DNA of 64,000 nucleotides, taken from NCBI GenBank assembly GCA_043821645.1, contig JBDRCO010000037.1:32001-96000 (forward strand), read 5' to 3'. Origin of the DNA: Pseudomonadota bacterium (GTDB taxonomy: Bacteria > Myxococcota > JACRCW01 > JAFGSX01). Positions within the stretch are counted from its first letter, which is position 1. Each line of letters starts with the position of its first letter. Position numbers and translations under genes: made by a program. The notes beneath the pieces are model-generated. The model was given only the letters and a program-made list of their open reading frames with translations, was not told the origin of the DNA and searched no databases. Of this stretch, positions 39,701 to 48,162 are shown piece after piece.

Positions 39701-40306
39701 GCCGTAGCGTGTGTAGGTGATCTTGGTGGTGGTCGCCTGGAAGGGCTCGGTGGGCACCACCACGGGCTTCGAGGGTTTGCCCGAGTCATCAATGACACGG
39801 ATACCGATCTGGTCGCCGAACTCGAACTTGGTCTCGTCGGTGAGTTCGAAGCGGAAGCGGCCGTTGGCGTCTGCCTTGCAGTCTCCGATGACGGGGCGAC
39901 CGGGCTGCGAGGCATTGTAGAATTCGACCTTGGCGCCGGCCTCGGCGTGGCCCGTGATGTTGAGCGGATCGCGATAGCGTCCCGGGGGCGCCGGTGGCGG
40001 CGGGGTGGTGTCGATGGTGCGCTCGACCACCTGCAGCTTGGTGATGCGCGCCTCGGTGACGCGGGCGGGCGAGGCCGTGGGATTGCTGGTGTTGGGTTTG
40101 AACTCGAAGCAATCCTGGTAGTACTGCTGGACGAAGTTCACCAGCTTGTCAAAGGCCCGGACATCGTCGAACTTGCCGTGGCACTTGTCGCAGACCTCCT
40201 GCAGGGCCTTCATCTGGGTGGCATCACCCTTGGCCTCCTGCATGGCCTCGCGCACCATCTTGCCGGTGATGACCTGGGCAGTCTGCATGCTGGCGATCGT
40301 CGACAT
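36776..40306 (-). CDS. 1176-aa protein with multiple Ig-like beta-sandwich repeats, no signal peptide
   Basis: RBS GAGGTG; repeated ADANGRF / ADSLGKF / ADEKGSI / ADQNGRL / VDGEGRF and GD(Q)L...D..GN motifs. Confidence 0.78.
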   Translation of the reverse strand: MSTIASMQTAQVITGKMVREAMQEAKGDATQMKALQEVCDKCHGKFDDVRAFDKLVNFVQQYYQDCFEFKPNTSNPTASPARVTEARITKLQVVERTIDTTPPPPAPPGRYRDPLNITGHAEAGAKVEFYNASQPGRPVIGDCKADANGRFRFELTDETKFEFGDQIGIRVIDDSGKPSKPVVVPTEPFQATTTKITYTRYGSVVGNSESTTLQALNSKHDTRNPFFQNDKVTATFTPPAKAGDPYALELVGGDDSVEPNSTINVRVNGQDYVTKADSLGKFGLKVFGFEPGQRLKVEVKDINDKGIDVDYVAPPVALRLEALAGGVLKPPQASRPDADQVVGDGPPWVHFKAAGVTVPNGAVILRNTGTGDLFELNADEKGSINAAVGGIDNFDTLEIIARDASGNITSEASLAVMLPEKVGRGFGFLVPAEKLNQAQPDVTAVIEAIQGPPQDLFIHGQRDQRGPFLRMPNVEGLPPFGQLAVVREGKVMQYLRADQNGRLQGLLRGVNVGDQLNFMVLDAAGRKFPMELHGWRVPGLGETCKIPEKHVRSDDHTLKGCLDAVGKGSLDLEDAWLTPFTINTGSTTAPESDVALNYKREFFGARTDESKNESSFDYFPPALKDKFGLPAMNSAKLSLSENQGTSCLNFTYQGTNNQNYSSSVGVDYVMGQVNMGNPNSPIQVPQHLASLTLALKGALAFAAVAYDQGKEPGDLEYDRAMGAAKTMLYVFDRLAVQFPDQKDAITKAAQDAFPATGFPFELLGRGKVPPQDADATRAESSKPRTGAMSLIDARTALLGKVSGVGQVGDGERGAHPAPRIESASVLMFPQSNNNRGYQYDATPLRMKGRATPGDIVQIFNVSEGNKTLVAETVAGPDGKFSVVGGGNQVRSGDQLGVISLTRDGKQSAMMVVPTDSYLVRSGQVSTGVSAVPIKSDDRPPYFRTGATKLENSTFDKDGKMRGDSPLWALSGEQLAVEPFSTLVISSRTPDGKDHKTEVEVDGEGRFKAEFPHSARSTFGVTVRDRNGNQHHVNMSTPGLATSVQSGSQAVDANAGVVTFKLPSGEDVRGIVVAHTLGSTSRKDFTIDTVDRNDAFVDVVINQTFAYTDNDGRQGQGNYLFQIKIAKEDAARFNLQANEKINIAMPGFTGVPMASNTNVAMMPVGEATIQDRDYGSL

Positions 40307-40533
40307 CACAACACCTCACTCGAAGTGGTTTGGACAGATCCGGGGCCCCTTTGGGGCTGGGCTGCACATATATATGAGAAGACGCCGAACTTTGGCGAGG
40401 GTCGCACGAAAAGCCCAGCAGGGCCTTGTCCTGGACCCGGCGAGGCCCGTAGCGTGGTCTTGGTCCTCAACCTGCACCGCCCCCGAGGTTCAGCGCAAAG
40501 CAGAATCGTCTCGGGCACGTAGGGGAGATTGTC

Positions 40534-41691
40534 ATGGACGCCGACCCCATCTATCTCGACCACAATGCCACCACCCCAGTCGCATCCGAGGTGGTCGAGG
40601 CCATGCTGCCCTACCTGCGCGAGCACTTCGGCAATCCGTCGAGCGCTCACGTCTTTGGCCAGCGCGCTCACGCGGCTGTCGAGGTCGCGCGAGAGCAGGT
40701 GGCGGCTTTACTCGGCGCGCAGCCCGACGAGATCCTGTTCACCTCGGGCGGTACCGAGGCCAACAACCTGGCCATCCGTGGTCTGTGCGCCATGCGCAGC
40801 GAGCGACGACACATCCTCACCTCGGCGATCGAACACCCGGCCACGGCCCGTCCCTGCGACGAGCTCGAGTGCCGGGGGATGACCGTGGACCGTGTGTCGG
40901 TCGACGGCGAGGGGAGGCTGCGTCTGGACCGCTTCTCCGAGCTGCTGCGCGCGGACACCGCCCTGATCACTGTCATGCACGCCAACAACGAGACCGGGAC
41001 CTTGCAGCCCATCGAGCGTCTGGTCGAGCTGGCGCGCATGCAGCGCGCGGTCGTGCACACCGATGCCGCCCAGAGCGTGGGCAAGGTACCCGTTCACGTC
41101 GACGAGCTGGGCGTGGACCTGCTGAGCGTGGCAGGACACAAGCTGTACGCTCCCAAGGGTGTTGGCGCCCTCTATCTACGTCGGCGGACGCCCCTGCAAC
41201 CCGTGTTGCTGGGCGCGGGTCACGAGCGGGGACTGCGACCGGGGACCGAGAACGTGGCCTCCATCGTGGGCCTGGGACGCGCTTGCGAGCTGGCCCTGAG
41301 GCTGCTCGTCACCGAGGAGCCCCGGCAGCGTCGACTCAGCGAGCTGCTGTGGCGGGGGCTGGCACAGAGTGTGCCTGGCATCGCGCGCAACGGCCCCACC
41401 GACGAGCGCCTGCCCAACACGCTCAATGTCCGGTTTCCGAACTGTCGCGGCAGCGCGGTGCTGGCCGCGGCCGACGAGATTGCCGCGTCGACCGGCTCCG
41501 CCTGCCACGACGGCGGTGAATCGCCGAGCGCCGTGCTCACGGCGATGGGCATCCCCGCCGAAGCGGCCCTGGGATCGGTGCGCCTGTCCCTGGGCCGGTC
41601 AACCACGGACAGCGACGTGCAGCGTGCCGTCTCTGCGCTGGTGAGGGCTTACAACCAGGTGAGAGCCTCCAAGAGTCTGGGTGCGCCCTGA
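40534..41691 (+). CDS. Cysteine desulfurase (class I NifS/IscS-like, PLP), stand-alone
   Basis: YLDHNATTP, GNPSS, FTSGGTEANN, HANNETG, AGHKLYAPKG, STGSACH. Confidence 0.93.
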   Translation: MDADPIYLDHNATTPVASEVVEAMLPYLREHFGNPSSAHVFGQRAHAAVEVAREQVAALLGAQPDEILFTSGGTEANNLAIRGLCAMRSERRHILTSAIEHPATARPCDELECRGMTVDRVSVDGEGRLRLDRFSELLRADTALITVMHANNETGTLQPIERLVELARMQRAVVHTDAAQSVGKVPVHVDELGVDLLSVAGHKLYAPKGVGALYLRRRTPLQPVLLGAGHERGLRPGTENVASIVGLGRACELALRLLVTEEPRQRRLSELLWRGLAQSVPGIARNGPTDERLPNTLNVRFPNCRGSAVLAAADEIAASTGSACHDGGESPSAVLTAMGIPAEAALGSVRLSLGRSTTDSDVQRAVSALVRAYNQVRASKSLGAP

Positions 41692-41728
41692 AACCTGCCT
41701 TCGGGCCCGATCTGGAGCGAGGGCACCG

Positions 41729-43552
41729 CTACCGACGTCGACGCTCTCTCAACCCGACGACGAGCGCCGCGATCCAGAGCCTCACCCACCCGGGCGTCGC
41801 CTGACCAGAGCAGCTGCAACCCGTCTGGCCATCGCTTTCGCCGGAAGTGCTGGCCTCGATGTCGGCAGGGGGCACGTCGCCGGCGCTGTGTGCGTCGAGA
41901 ACCACGTCGGCTGCTGCCGTGACATCGCTGCTGCCGTCAGCTGATGAAGCATCGGCTCTGTTCGTATCGGCCGTGATCGTGTCAGGTCTGGTTGCGTCTG
42001 CCGCCACCCCCGCATCCGGGGCGACCGTGGCGTGCACGCTGACCCGGAGCGTGCCGTCGAGGGGGCCGCCACCGGAGGGCGAGTCCGCGAACCAGGCCAC
42101 GCCCTCCTGTACCAGCCCGAGCTGCAACTCGAAGTCCCCGGGGCCTGGTGCTCGCAGCGCGAAGATGAAGCGACCCACCTGGCCAGGTGGAGTGGCATTG
42201 TCGACCGCGGTGATGCGGTGCGATGCGATCCAGTCCGGGGCTGCCAGCGATGAACTGCCGTCTCGTGGCATGGGGGCCAGGCGCGTGTTCGCGTCCCAGG
42301 CCATGCGGCCTGTGTTGCGCAGCTCGAACCAGACTGTTGTGGGCTGCCCGTCCACGACGTCGATGGAACCACCGCCCGCGGCGCCCAGCGACGAAGCCTC
42401 CGGCGTGGCCTGGTAAAACTCAGCCCAGCACCAGGCCGTGCCGAGACCGGACACGCAGGGGAGGCCGAAGCCTGCACAGTCTCCCTCGCTGTACACGCCG
42501 TCGGTACAGAAGCCGATGGCTGTGTTGCCCGCGCACACCGCTTGCTGTCCTCCGTTGGTGCAGCGCGGGTCCACGCAGTAGGCGAACTGCTCCTTCTGCT
42601 CGCAACGCAGACCGTAGTAGCCGCAATCGCCCACGCCCCGGTCGAGTCCACCGGTGCAGGTGCGCATGTTGGTGTTGTCTGTGCACACCCGGGAGTTCTC
42701 GGCTCCGACGCAGGTCGCGTCGGTGTGGTCGGCGACCATGATCCCCAGGTGGTTTGCCACGATGCGCTCGCCACCGTCCGAGGGCGTGTTCTGCACGGCG
42801 CCGTGTATCACCAGAGTGCTGCTGCCGCCGCCATCGTTGTTCATGGCGTTGTAGGCGCCGAACTCGAGCATCACGGCCGTCAGCTCGGCGAAGTTCATAC
42901 CCGCGGCGCCGGCGCGGCGTCCGTCCACCACGAGCAAGATCAGGGTCGCACCGTCCTGACTCAGGCCTATGGCCGTGCGTGGGTTGCGTTGCTGGTAGTA
43001 GGCCGGCGAATAAGACTGCCCGACGCCATTGATCACCAGCAGGTCCTGCATGCCGCCCACCGCGTTGTGCCAGCGCGGGTTGTTGGCCTCGAGGTTGCCC
43101 CACGGGTTGAAGCCGCAGCGTTTGTTGACGTCGCAGGCGAAGAAAGACCAAACATCCGTGTCGTCGCGCCACTTCCAGCCATCCCCCACCGCCAGACCGA
43201 GGGGCTCGTATGCGTTCCAGTTGTCGGCGTCCCACAGGTCGCCGTTGATGGCGACGGTGGCGCCCACGCTGCTGGCCCAGGCGCTGGTGCGTTGTCCGTT
43301 CTGACCCGGGCCCGTGGCGCGCAGCCAGATCTCGGGTCGTCGCAGATCGATGCGCATGACGTGGTAGTCCTGGGACCCTGTCACGCGGTGCAGGTGCTCG
43401 ATGCCCGGCGCCACGGTGGTCCAGGTGTCGGTGGCTCTGGCGGCAGGGACGGCCAGGACGGTCAGCGCGAGCGCCACAAGAGCGTGGCGAGGGCGATCAG
43501 GGCACTTCCTGCCGACCTTGTGTGCTGCGGGAGCGCGCCCCGATCTGTGCAT
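41729..43552 (-). CDS. Phosphodiester glycosidase (NAGPA/DUF2233) plus Cys-rich and NBR1-Ig-like domains, MYXO-CTERM-like anchor
   Basis: AINGD, NPRTAIG, VVDGR, NNDGGGSS; FELRNTG..W...EGVAWF; C-terminus GCSC-TM-RRRR. Start approximate. Confidence 0.82.
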   Translation of the reverse strand: MHRSGRAPAAHKVGRKCPDRPRHALVALALTVLAVPAARATDTWTTVAPGIEHLHRVTGSQDYHVMRIDLRRPEIWLRATGPGQNGQRTSAWASSVGATVAINGDLWDADNWNAYEPLGLAVGDGWKWRDDTDVWSFFACDVNKRCGFNPWGNLEANNPRWHNAVGGMQDLLVINGVGQSYSPAYYQQRNPRTAIGLSQDGATLILLVVDGRRAGAAGMNFAELTAVMLEFGAYNAMNNDGGGSSTLVIHGAVQNTPSDGGERIVANHLGIMVADHTDATCVGAENSRVCTDNTNMRTCTGGLDRGVGDCGYYGLRCEQKEQFAYCVDPRCTNGGQQAVCAGNTAIGFCTDGVYSEGDCAGFGLPCVSGLGTAWCWAEFYQATPEASSLGAAGGGSIDVVDGQPTTVWFELRNTGRMAWDANTRLAPMPRDGSSSLAAPDWIASHRITAVDNATPPGQVGRFIFALRAPGPGDFELQLGLVQEGVAWFADSPSGGGPLDGTLRVSVHATVAPDAGVAADATRPDTITADTNRADASSADGSSDVTAAADVVLDAHSAGDVPPADIEASTSGESDGQTGCSCSGQATPGWVRLWIAALVVGLRERRRR

Positions 43553-43740
43553 CCATCCATCCTTCAACGGATCCTCCGCTCTCTGGCCCACCGCGAAGGG
43601 GTGGCACGCCAAACCAGGCTAGCAACACCGATGTGGCCTGCCGTCGGACAGCGGGAGGAGGGCGTAGGAGCTTTTTTTTAAAGGACGGTTCGAGGAAAGC
43701 TGCGCAGCGCGACGAAAGACTGCTGTCTTTTCCGTGGGTG

Positions 43741-45318
43741 TCAGCCGGTGCGGATTCGACGCCGTCCAGCGAGAAGCGTGACCAGGCTCCCGGCCACCAG
43801 AACCCAAGATGAATCTGAAAGTCGGGTCTCAGCACTGCAGGCACATCCCGCGCCGGTCCTGACCGCCGAGGCGTCGTGGCCCGTCTGCGAATCGGCTGCC
43901 TGAGCGTCCACCTCGACGACAGCGAGGTCGGTGGCGGAGCTGGTGTCCGAGCGTGCTCCCGCGTCGACAGGTGCCAAGCTGTCCTGACCTGGCGCCCCGT
44001 CTGTCGCTATCGAGGCATCCTGGTGCGTCGTCGTCGTGTCCGCCAGGGCCGCGTCCTGGGCTGAGCCCGCATCCGTCCCTGCAGTGGAGCCCGCATGCAC
44101 CTGGGTGGCATCGCAGGGCCCGTCGCCGTCGTATTCCACGGCGCCAAGGTCGGGCTGCCCGTCGCCGCGCAGGTTGGCGCAGAAGTCATCGGGCACGGCG
44201 GCGAGCGTCGTGCCCTGGTTGACGATGGAGCTGCCATCGACGAGTGAAAGGTCAAGGCTGCCGGGGGCAGTGAAGATGCTCCCCAGGCTGGCGCCGGTCA
44301 GGTTGCCCGTCTGGCTCAGGGTTGCGCTGTCACGGCCGCGGATCTGGCCGTTCAGCACGTTGTAGCGAAGGTCGGCCGTGCTGACCGCGAAGCGCACATC
44401 GATGCCCGCGGTGTTGATGAGCGTGTTGTGCAGGATCTGCACGTTGACGCCCTCGTTGACGTAGATGCCAACATCAGCCGGGCAGTTGGCGATGACGTTG
44501 TTGCGCATGATCCCGTTCTGGTGCTCGATGGAACAGTTGCCGTCCTCGCAGATGGGGTCAGGGCTGGAGCCGCCGCCACCGAAAGACAGCCCCAGGCGAA
44601 CCTGACCTGTGTGCAGTTTCTCGCACTCGACCAGGTTGCGCTCGAACAGCCCGTCGCGGGAGTTGCCCTTGAGAAAAGCCGCGTAGCTGACGTTGTCGCC
44701 CTGGCCCTTGGCGTGGTCGTGGATGTGGTTGGCGCGGATCACCCAGCGCCGGCCGCCCACCACGTCGATGGGCGTCACCGGGTTGGAGGTCTGGCGCACG
44801 GTCGTGTTGAAGAACTCGTTGCCCTCGATGAGCACGTCGTCGGGCCAGATGCGGCCTCCCCCCGGGTCCTCAGCGTTGCCCTTGACCTGGGCATTGAAGT
44901 CGCGCACCCGGTTGCCGCGCAGGATGGTGAAGTCCGCCGCCCCGACGACATGAAACGCGTGCTCGCAGTTGTTGTGGTCGGCGCACGCTCCGCGAATGTC
45001 CAGGTTCTCGAAGGTCCAGTGCGGGCCAGAGACCTTGAAACCCTCGACCGCATCGAACTCGATGATGGCGTTGCCGAGCTGGGCGGCCTTGACCACGATG
45101 GGCGCTCCGGTCTGCCCGGCCGCGGTGCACGACAGGTTGTGCCCGATGGCGTAGGTGCCAGCTGCCAGGGTGATGACGTCTCCGGCCTGTGCTCCAGCGA
45201 TGGCGCTGATGAGCTCCGTTGGATCGTGCACGTCGACCGTGGCCGCCAGGGCAGGGCTCCCGGTAACGATGGCCAGGACGACACCCACGGCTGTGAACGG
45301 GTACGCGTACTGTCTCAT
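43741..45318 (-). CDS. Secreted right-handed beta-helix protein (chondroitinase-B/pectate-lyase-like), MYXO-CTERM-like anchor
   Basis: AIAGAQAGDVITLAAGTY, repeated IEGN/IRAN/FERN/MRNN coils, PDLGAVE; GCAC-TM-RRR; RBS GGAGG. Confidence 0.82.
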   Translation of the reverse strand: MRQYAYPFTAVGVVLAIVTGSPALAATVDVHDPTELISAIAGAQAGDVITLAAGTYAIGHNLSCTAAGQTGAPIVVKAAQLGNAIIEFDAVEGFKVSGPHWTFENLDIRGACADHNNCEHAFHVVGAADFTILRGNRVRDFNAQVKGNAEDPGGGRIWPDDVLIEGNEFFNTTVRQTSNPVTPIDVVGGRRWVIRANHIHDHAKGQGDNVSYAAFLKGNSRDGLFERNLVECEKLHTGQVRLGLSFGGGGSSPDPICEDGNCSIEHQNGIMRNNVIANCPADVGIYVNEGVNVQILHNTLINTAGIDVRFAVSTADLRYNVLNGQIRGRDSATLSQTGNLTGASLGSIFTAPGSLDLSLVDGSSIVNQGTTLAAVPDDFCANLRGDGQPDLGAVEYDGDGPCDATQVHAGSTAGTDAGSAQDAALADTTTTHQDASIATDGAPGQDSLAPVDAGARSDTSSATDLAVVEVDAQAADSQTGHDASAVRTGAGCACSAETRLSDSSWVLVAGSLVTLLAGRRRIRTG

Positions 45319-45399
45319 CTTCACCTCCAGGGCCACGGATTCAAGGCACCACGGGGTCGAGAGCTCGCGGTTCATTCAGGCCGGCTCGGATCGCACTGC

Positions 45400-46008
45400 T
45401 TAGTCCCCGGGCTCCGGCTTCACCTGTGTGGGACCGAGGATCAAGGAGCCCCAGGCGTCTGGCAGGATGTTTGCGGCATTGCCCTCGTCGGCGTCCAGGT
45501 GCATGTCCAGGCGGTACGAGGAGTTCACGCGCACCAGCACGTCGTCGAAGATGATGCCGCGCTCACCACTGACCCGCACCATGACCCACTGCTTGTCCTT
45601 GACGCCGAAGCGAATCGCGTCCTCCGGGTGCATGTGGATGTGGCGCTGGGCCTGGATCACACCGTGCTCCAGTTCGACCTTTCCGGCGGGGCCGATGAGC
45701 GTTAGCCCGGGAGTGTTCTCGGTCTTGCCCGAAGCACGAATGGGCGCGTCGATCCCCAGGGCAAACTCGTCGGTGCGGGAGATCTCGACCTGGGTCTCCG
45801 GTCGTGCGGGCCCCAGCACGCGGACCTTGTCGATCCGACTCTTGGGGCCCTGGATGGCCACGACTTCCTCGCACGCAAACTGGCCTGGCTGGCTCAGGTC
45901 GCTGCGACGGGTCAGTTGCCGGCCTGTACCGAACAGGGCCTCGACGTGGGCCTGGCTCAGATGGACGTGGCGCACGCTGACGCTGATGGGAATGCGAAAT
46001 TCCTTCAT
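45400..46008 (-). CDS. pduL: Phosphate propanoyltransferase / phosphotransacylase
   Basis: SVRHVHLS, LSQPGQFA, RVLGPAR, QVEISRTD, RHIHM, MHLDADEGNA; RBS AGGAGG. Confidence 0.92.
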   Translation of the reverse strand: MKEFRIPISVSVRHVHLSQAHVEALFGTGRQLTRRSDLSQPGQFACEEVVAIQGPKSRIDKVRVLGPARPETQVEISRTDEFALGIDAPIRASGKTENTPGLTLIGPAGKVELEHGVIQAQRHIHMHPEDAIRFGVKDKQWVMVRVSGERGIIFDDVLVRVNSSYRLDMHLDADEGNAANILPDAWGSLILGPTQVKPEPGD

Positions 46009-46116
46009 GGCAGGCCTCCTGGCCGGAGCATGATAGCGCCTGTTCGCGTCGTGCACAGTCCCTGCTCGCACCAAGCCCACGCGACGCGGTACAGATATCC
46101 CCGTGGAGTGTGGAAC

Positions 46117-48162
46117 ATGCCGACGCTTCATCGCACCACCTGCGCCCACGATTGTCCCGGGAGCTGCGCGCTCCTGGTCGAGATCGAGGGCGATCAGCTG
46201 CTCTCGGTCCGCGGTGATCCCGCGCACGCACTCACCCGGGGTGTGATCTGCGGCAAGGTGCGCCGCTATGCCGAGATCGTCGACGGGCCGCGGGTCGCGC
46301 GACCCCTGCTCCGAGAAGGGCCCAAGGGCAGCGGACGCTTTCGCGAAGCGACCTGGGACGACGCCCTGCAGCACATCGTGGACGGACTCGAGCGAGCCGT
46401 CCGCGCGCACGGCGCGTCGAGCGTGTTGCCCTACTACTACGGAGGCACCCTGGGGTTGGTGCAGCAGAAGGCCATCGAACGGCTCGCCCATCGAGCAGGC
46501 TGGTCCCGGCTCGAGCGCAGCCTGTGCTTTGCTATCGCCGACGCGGGCTGGAGTGCTGGCGTCGGTCGCATGCTCGGGCCGCGGCCCGAGGAGATCGCCC
46601 ACAGCGATCTGGTTCTGCTGTGGGGGATCAACGCGGTGTCGACGCACATCAGCCTGATGTCCCACGTCAAGCACGCGCGATCCCGGGGGGCTCCTCTCGT
46701 CGTCGTCGATCCGTATCGCACCCGCACGGCCCGCCTCGCAGACCATCACCTGATGCCACGCCCGGGCACGGACGCAGCCCTGGCTTGCGGCCTGATGCAC
46801 GTGCTGCTCGACCAGGGGATGGAGGACAGGGCCTATCTCGCCTCCCGCACGGATTTCAACGCTGAGGTCGAGCGCCATCTGACGAAGTGCACCCCGCCAT
46901 GGGCCAGCGCCATCACCGGCATCGCTGTCGACGAGATCGTGGACCTGGCCCGGCGCTATGGTCGCGCGCAGAGGCCCTTCATCCGCATCGGCGTCGGCAT
47001 GACGCGCCACCGCAACGGGGCGGTCAACCTGCATGCGGTGAGCTGCCTGCCGTCCCTGGTCGGAGCCTGGCCCAAGCATGGGGCCGGCGCGCTCATCGGC
47101 ACCGACGCGGGTTTTTCGGGAATCGTCGACGAGAGAGTCCGGGGCACACGCTGGCGCGATCCGGGCGTGCGCTCCCTCGACATGAGCCAGCTCGGCCGCT
47201 GGCTGTGCGATCCCGCCCTGGCACCACCCGTTGCGGCCTTGCTGGTGTTCAACGCCAATCCCGCGGTGAGTTGCCCGGACCTGGGAACCGTCCACCAGGG
47301 GCTGCAGCGCGAGGACCTGTTCACCGTGGTCCACGAACAGGTGATGACGGACACCGCGAGACTGGCCGACGTGGTGCTCCCGGCCACGACCTTTCTCGAA
47401 CACGATGACCTGTATCGCTCCTACGGCCACTACAGCCTGCAACTTGGACGCGCCGTCCTGACTCCGCGCGGGGAGGCCCGCTGCAACCATGATGTGGTCA
47501 ACGCGCTGGCGCAGCGCCTGGGTCACGACGACGATCTCTTCGCGGGTGATAGCCTGCAACGCATCGATCAGGTGCTGGCCGCATCTGGCCTGCCGGATCG
47601 AGGCTGGTTCGAGACCCACGGCCCCCACGATGTGGGCATGGACGAGGACGTGCTGCATTTTCGTACACGCTTCCCCACCCGCGATGGGCGTTTTCACTTC
47701 ATGCCCGGGTGGTCAGACTCCGCCATGCCGAGGCTGCCCGACCACTGGGCCGTCAACGCCCGCGACGTCGAGGACCCCTCGCGCACTCCACTGGATTTCA
47801 TGGCGCCGCCGGGACACGAGGTCCTCAACAGCACCTTCACCCAGACCGCCACCGCACGTCGTCGTCATGCGCCTCCCACGCTGCTGCTGCACCCGGTGGA
47901 CGCCGCGGCCCGGAACATCGTCGATGGAGACACAGTGCGTGTGTACAACGCGCGGGCCAGCCTGGTGCTGCGAGTCCACCTCACCGACGACGTCACGCCC
48001 GGTCTGTGCCTGTGCGAGACCAACCACCTGGGGCAGGATTTTCCGGGTGGGATGTCGGTCAACGCCCTGGTCGATGCCGCGCGTGTGGCGCCCGGCGGCG
48101 GCCCGGCTTTTCACGATAACCGGGTGCAGGTCTCGCGCCTGGCGCCTGGAGCGAAGGTGTGA
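46117..48162 (+). CDS. Mo/W-bisPGD oxidoreductase (uncharacterised DMSO-reductase-superfamily clade) with N-terminal [4Fe-4S]
   Basis: TCAHDCPGSC...ICGK, WGIN, PRPGTDAALA, TDTARLADVVLPA, LNSTF. Confidence 0.88.
   Translation: MPTLHRTTCAHDCPGSCALLVEIEGDQLLSVRGDPAHALTRGVICGKVRRYAEIVDGPRVARPLLREGPKGSGRFREATWDDALQHIVDGLERAVRAHGASSVLPYYYGGTLGLVQQKAIERLAHRAGWSRLERSLCFAIADAGWSAGVGRMLGPRPEEIAHSDLVLLWGINAVSTHISLMSHVKHARSRGAPLVVVDPYRTRTARLADHHLMPRPGTDAALACGLMHVLLDQGMEDRAYLASRTDFNAEVERHLTKCTPPWASAITGIAVDEIVDLARRYGRAQRPFIRIGVGMTRHRNGAVNLHAVSCLPSLVGAWPKHGAGALIGTDAGFSGIVDERVRGTRWRDPGVRSLDMSQLGRWLCDPALAPPVAALLVFNANPAVSCPDLGTVHQGLQREDLFTVVHEQVMTDTARLADVVLPATTFLEHDDLYRSYGHYSLQLGRAVLTPRGEARCNHDVVNALAQRLGHDDDLFAGDSLQRIDQVLAASGLPDRGWFETHGPHDVGMDEDVLHFRTRFPTRDGRFHFMPGWSDSAMPRLPDHWAVNARDVEDPSRTPLDFMAPPGHEVLNSTFTQTATARRRHAPPTLLLHPVDAAARNIVDGDTVRVYNARASLVLRVHLTDDVTPGLCLCETNHLGQDFPGGMSVNALVDAARVAPGGGPAFHDNRVQVSRLAPGAKV

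Noticed and set aside
43715-43730. AAAGAC-N4-GTCTTT hairpin as an intrinsic terminator
   Set aside because: Weak stem and no U-tract beyond the stem on the coding (minus) strand.
46117-48162. Selenocysteine or formate dehydrogenase identity for the Mo enzyme
   Set aside because: No in-frame UGA; the likely ligand is Cys, with no adjacent His or FDH accessory genes.
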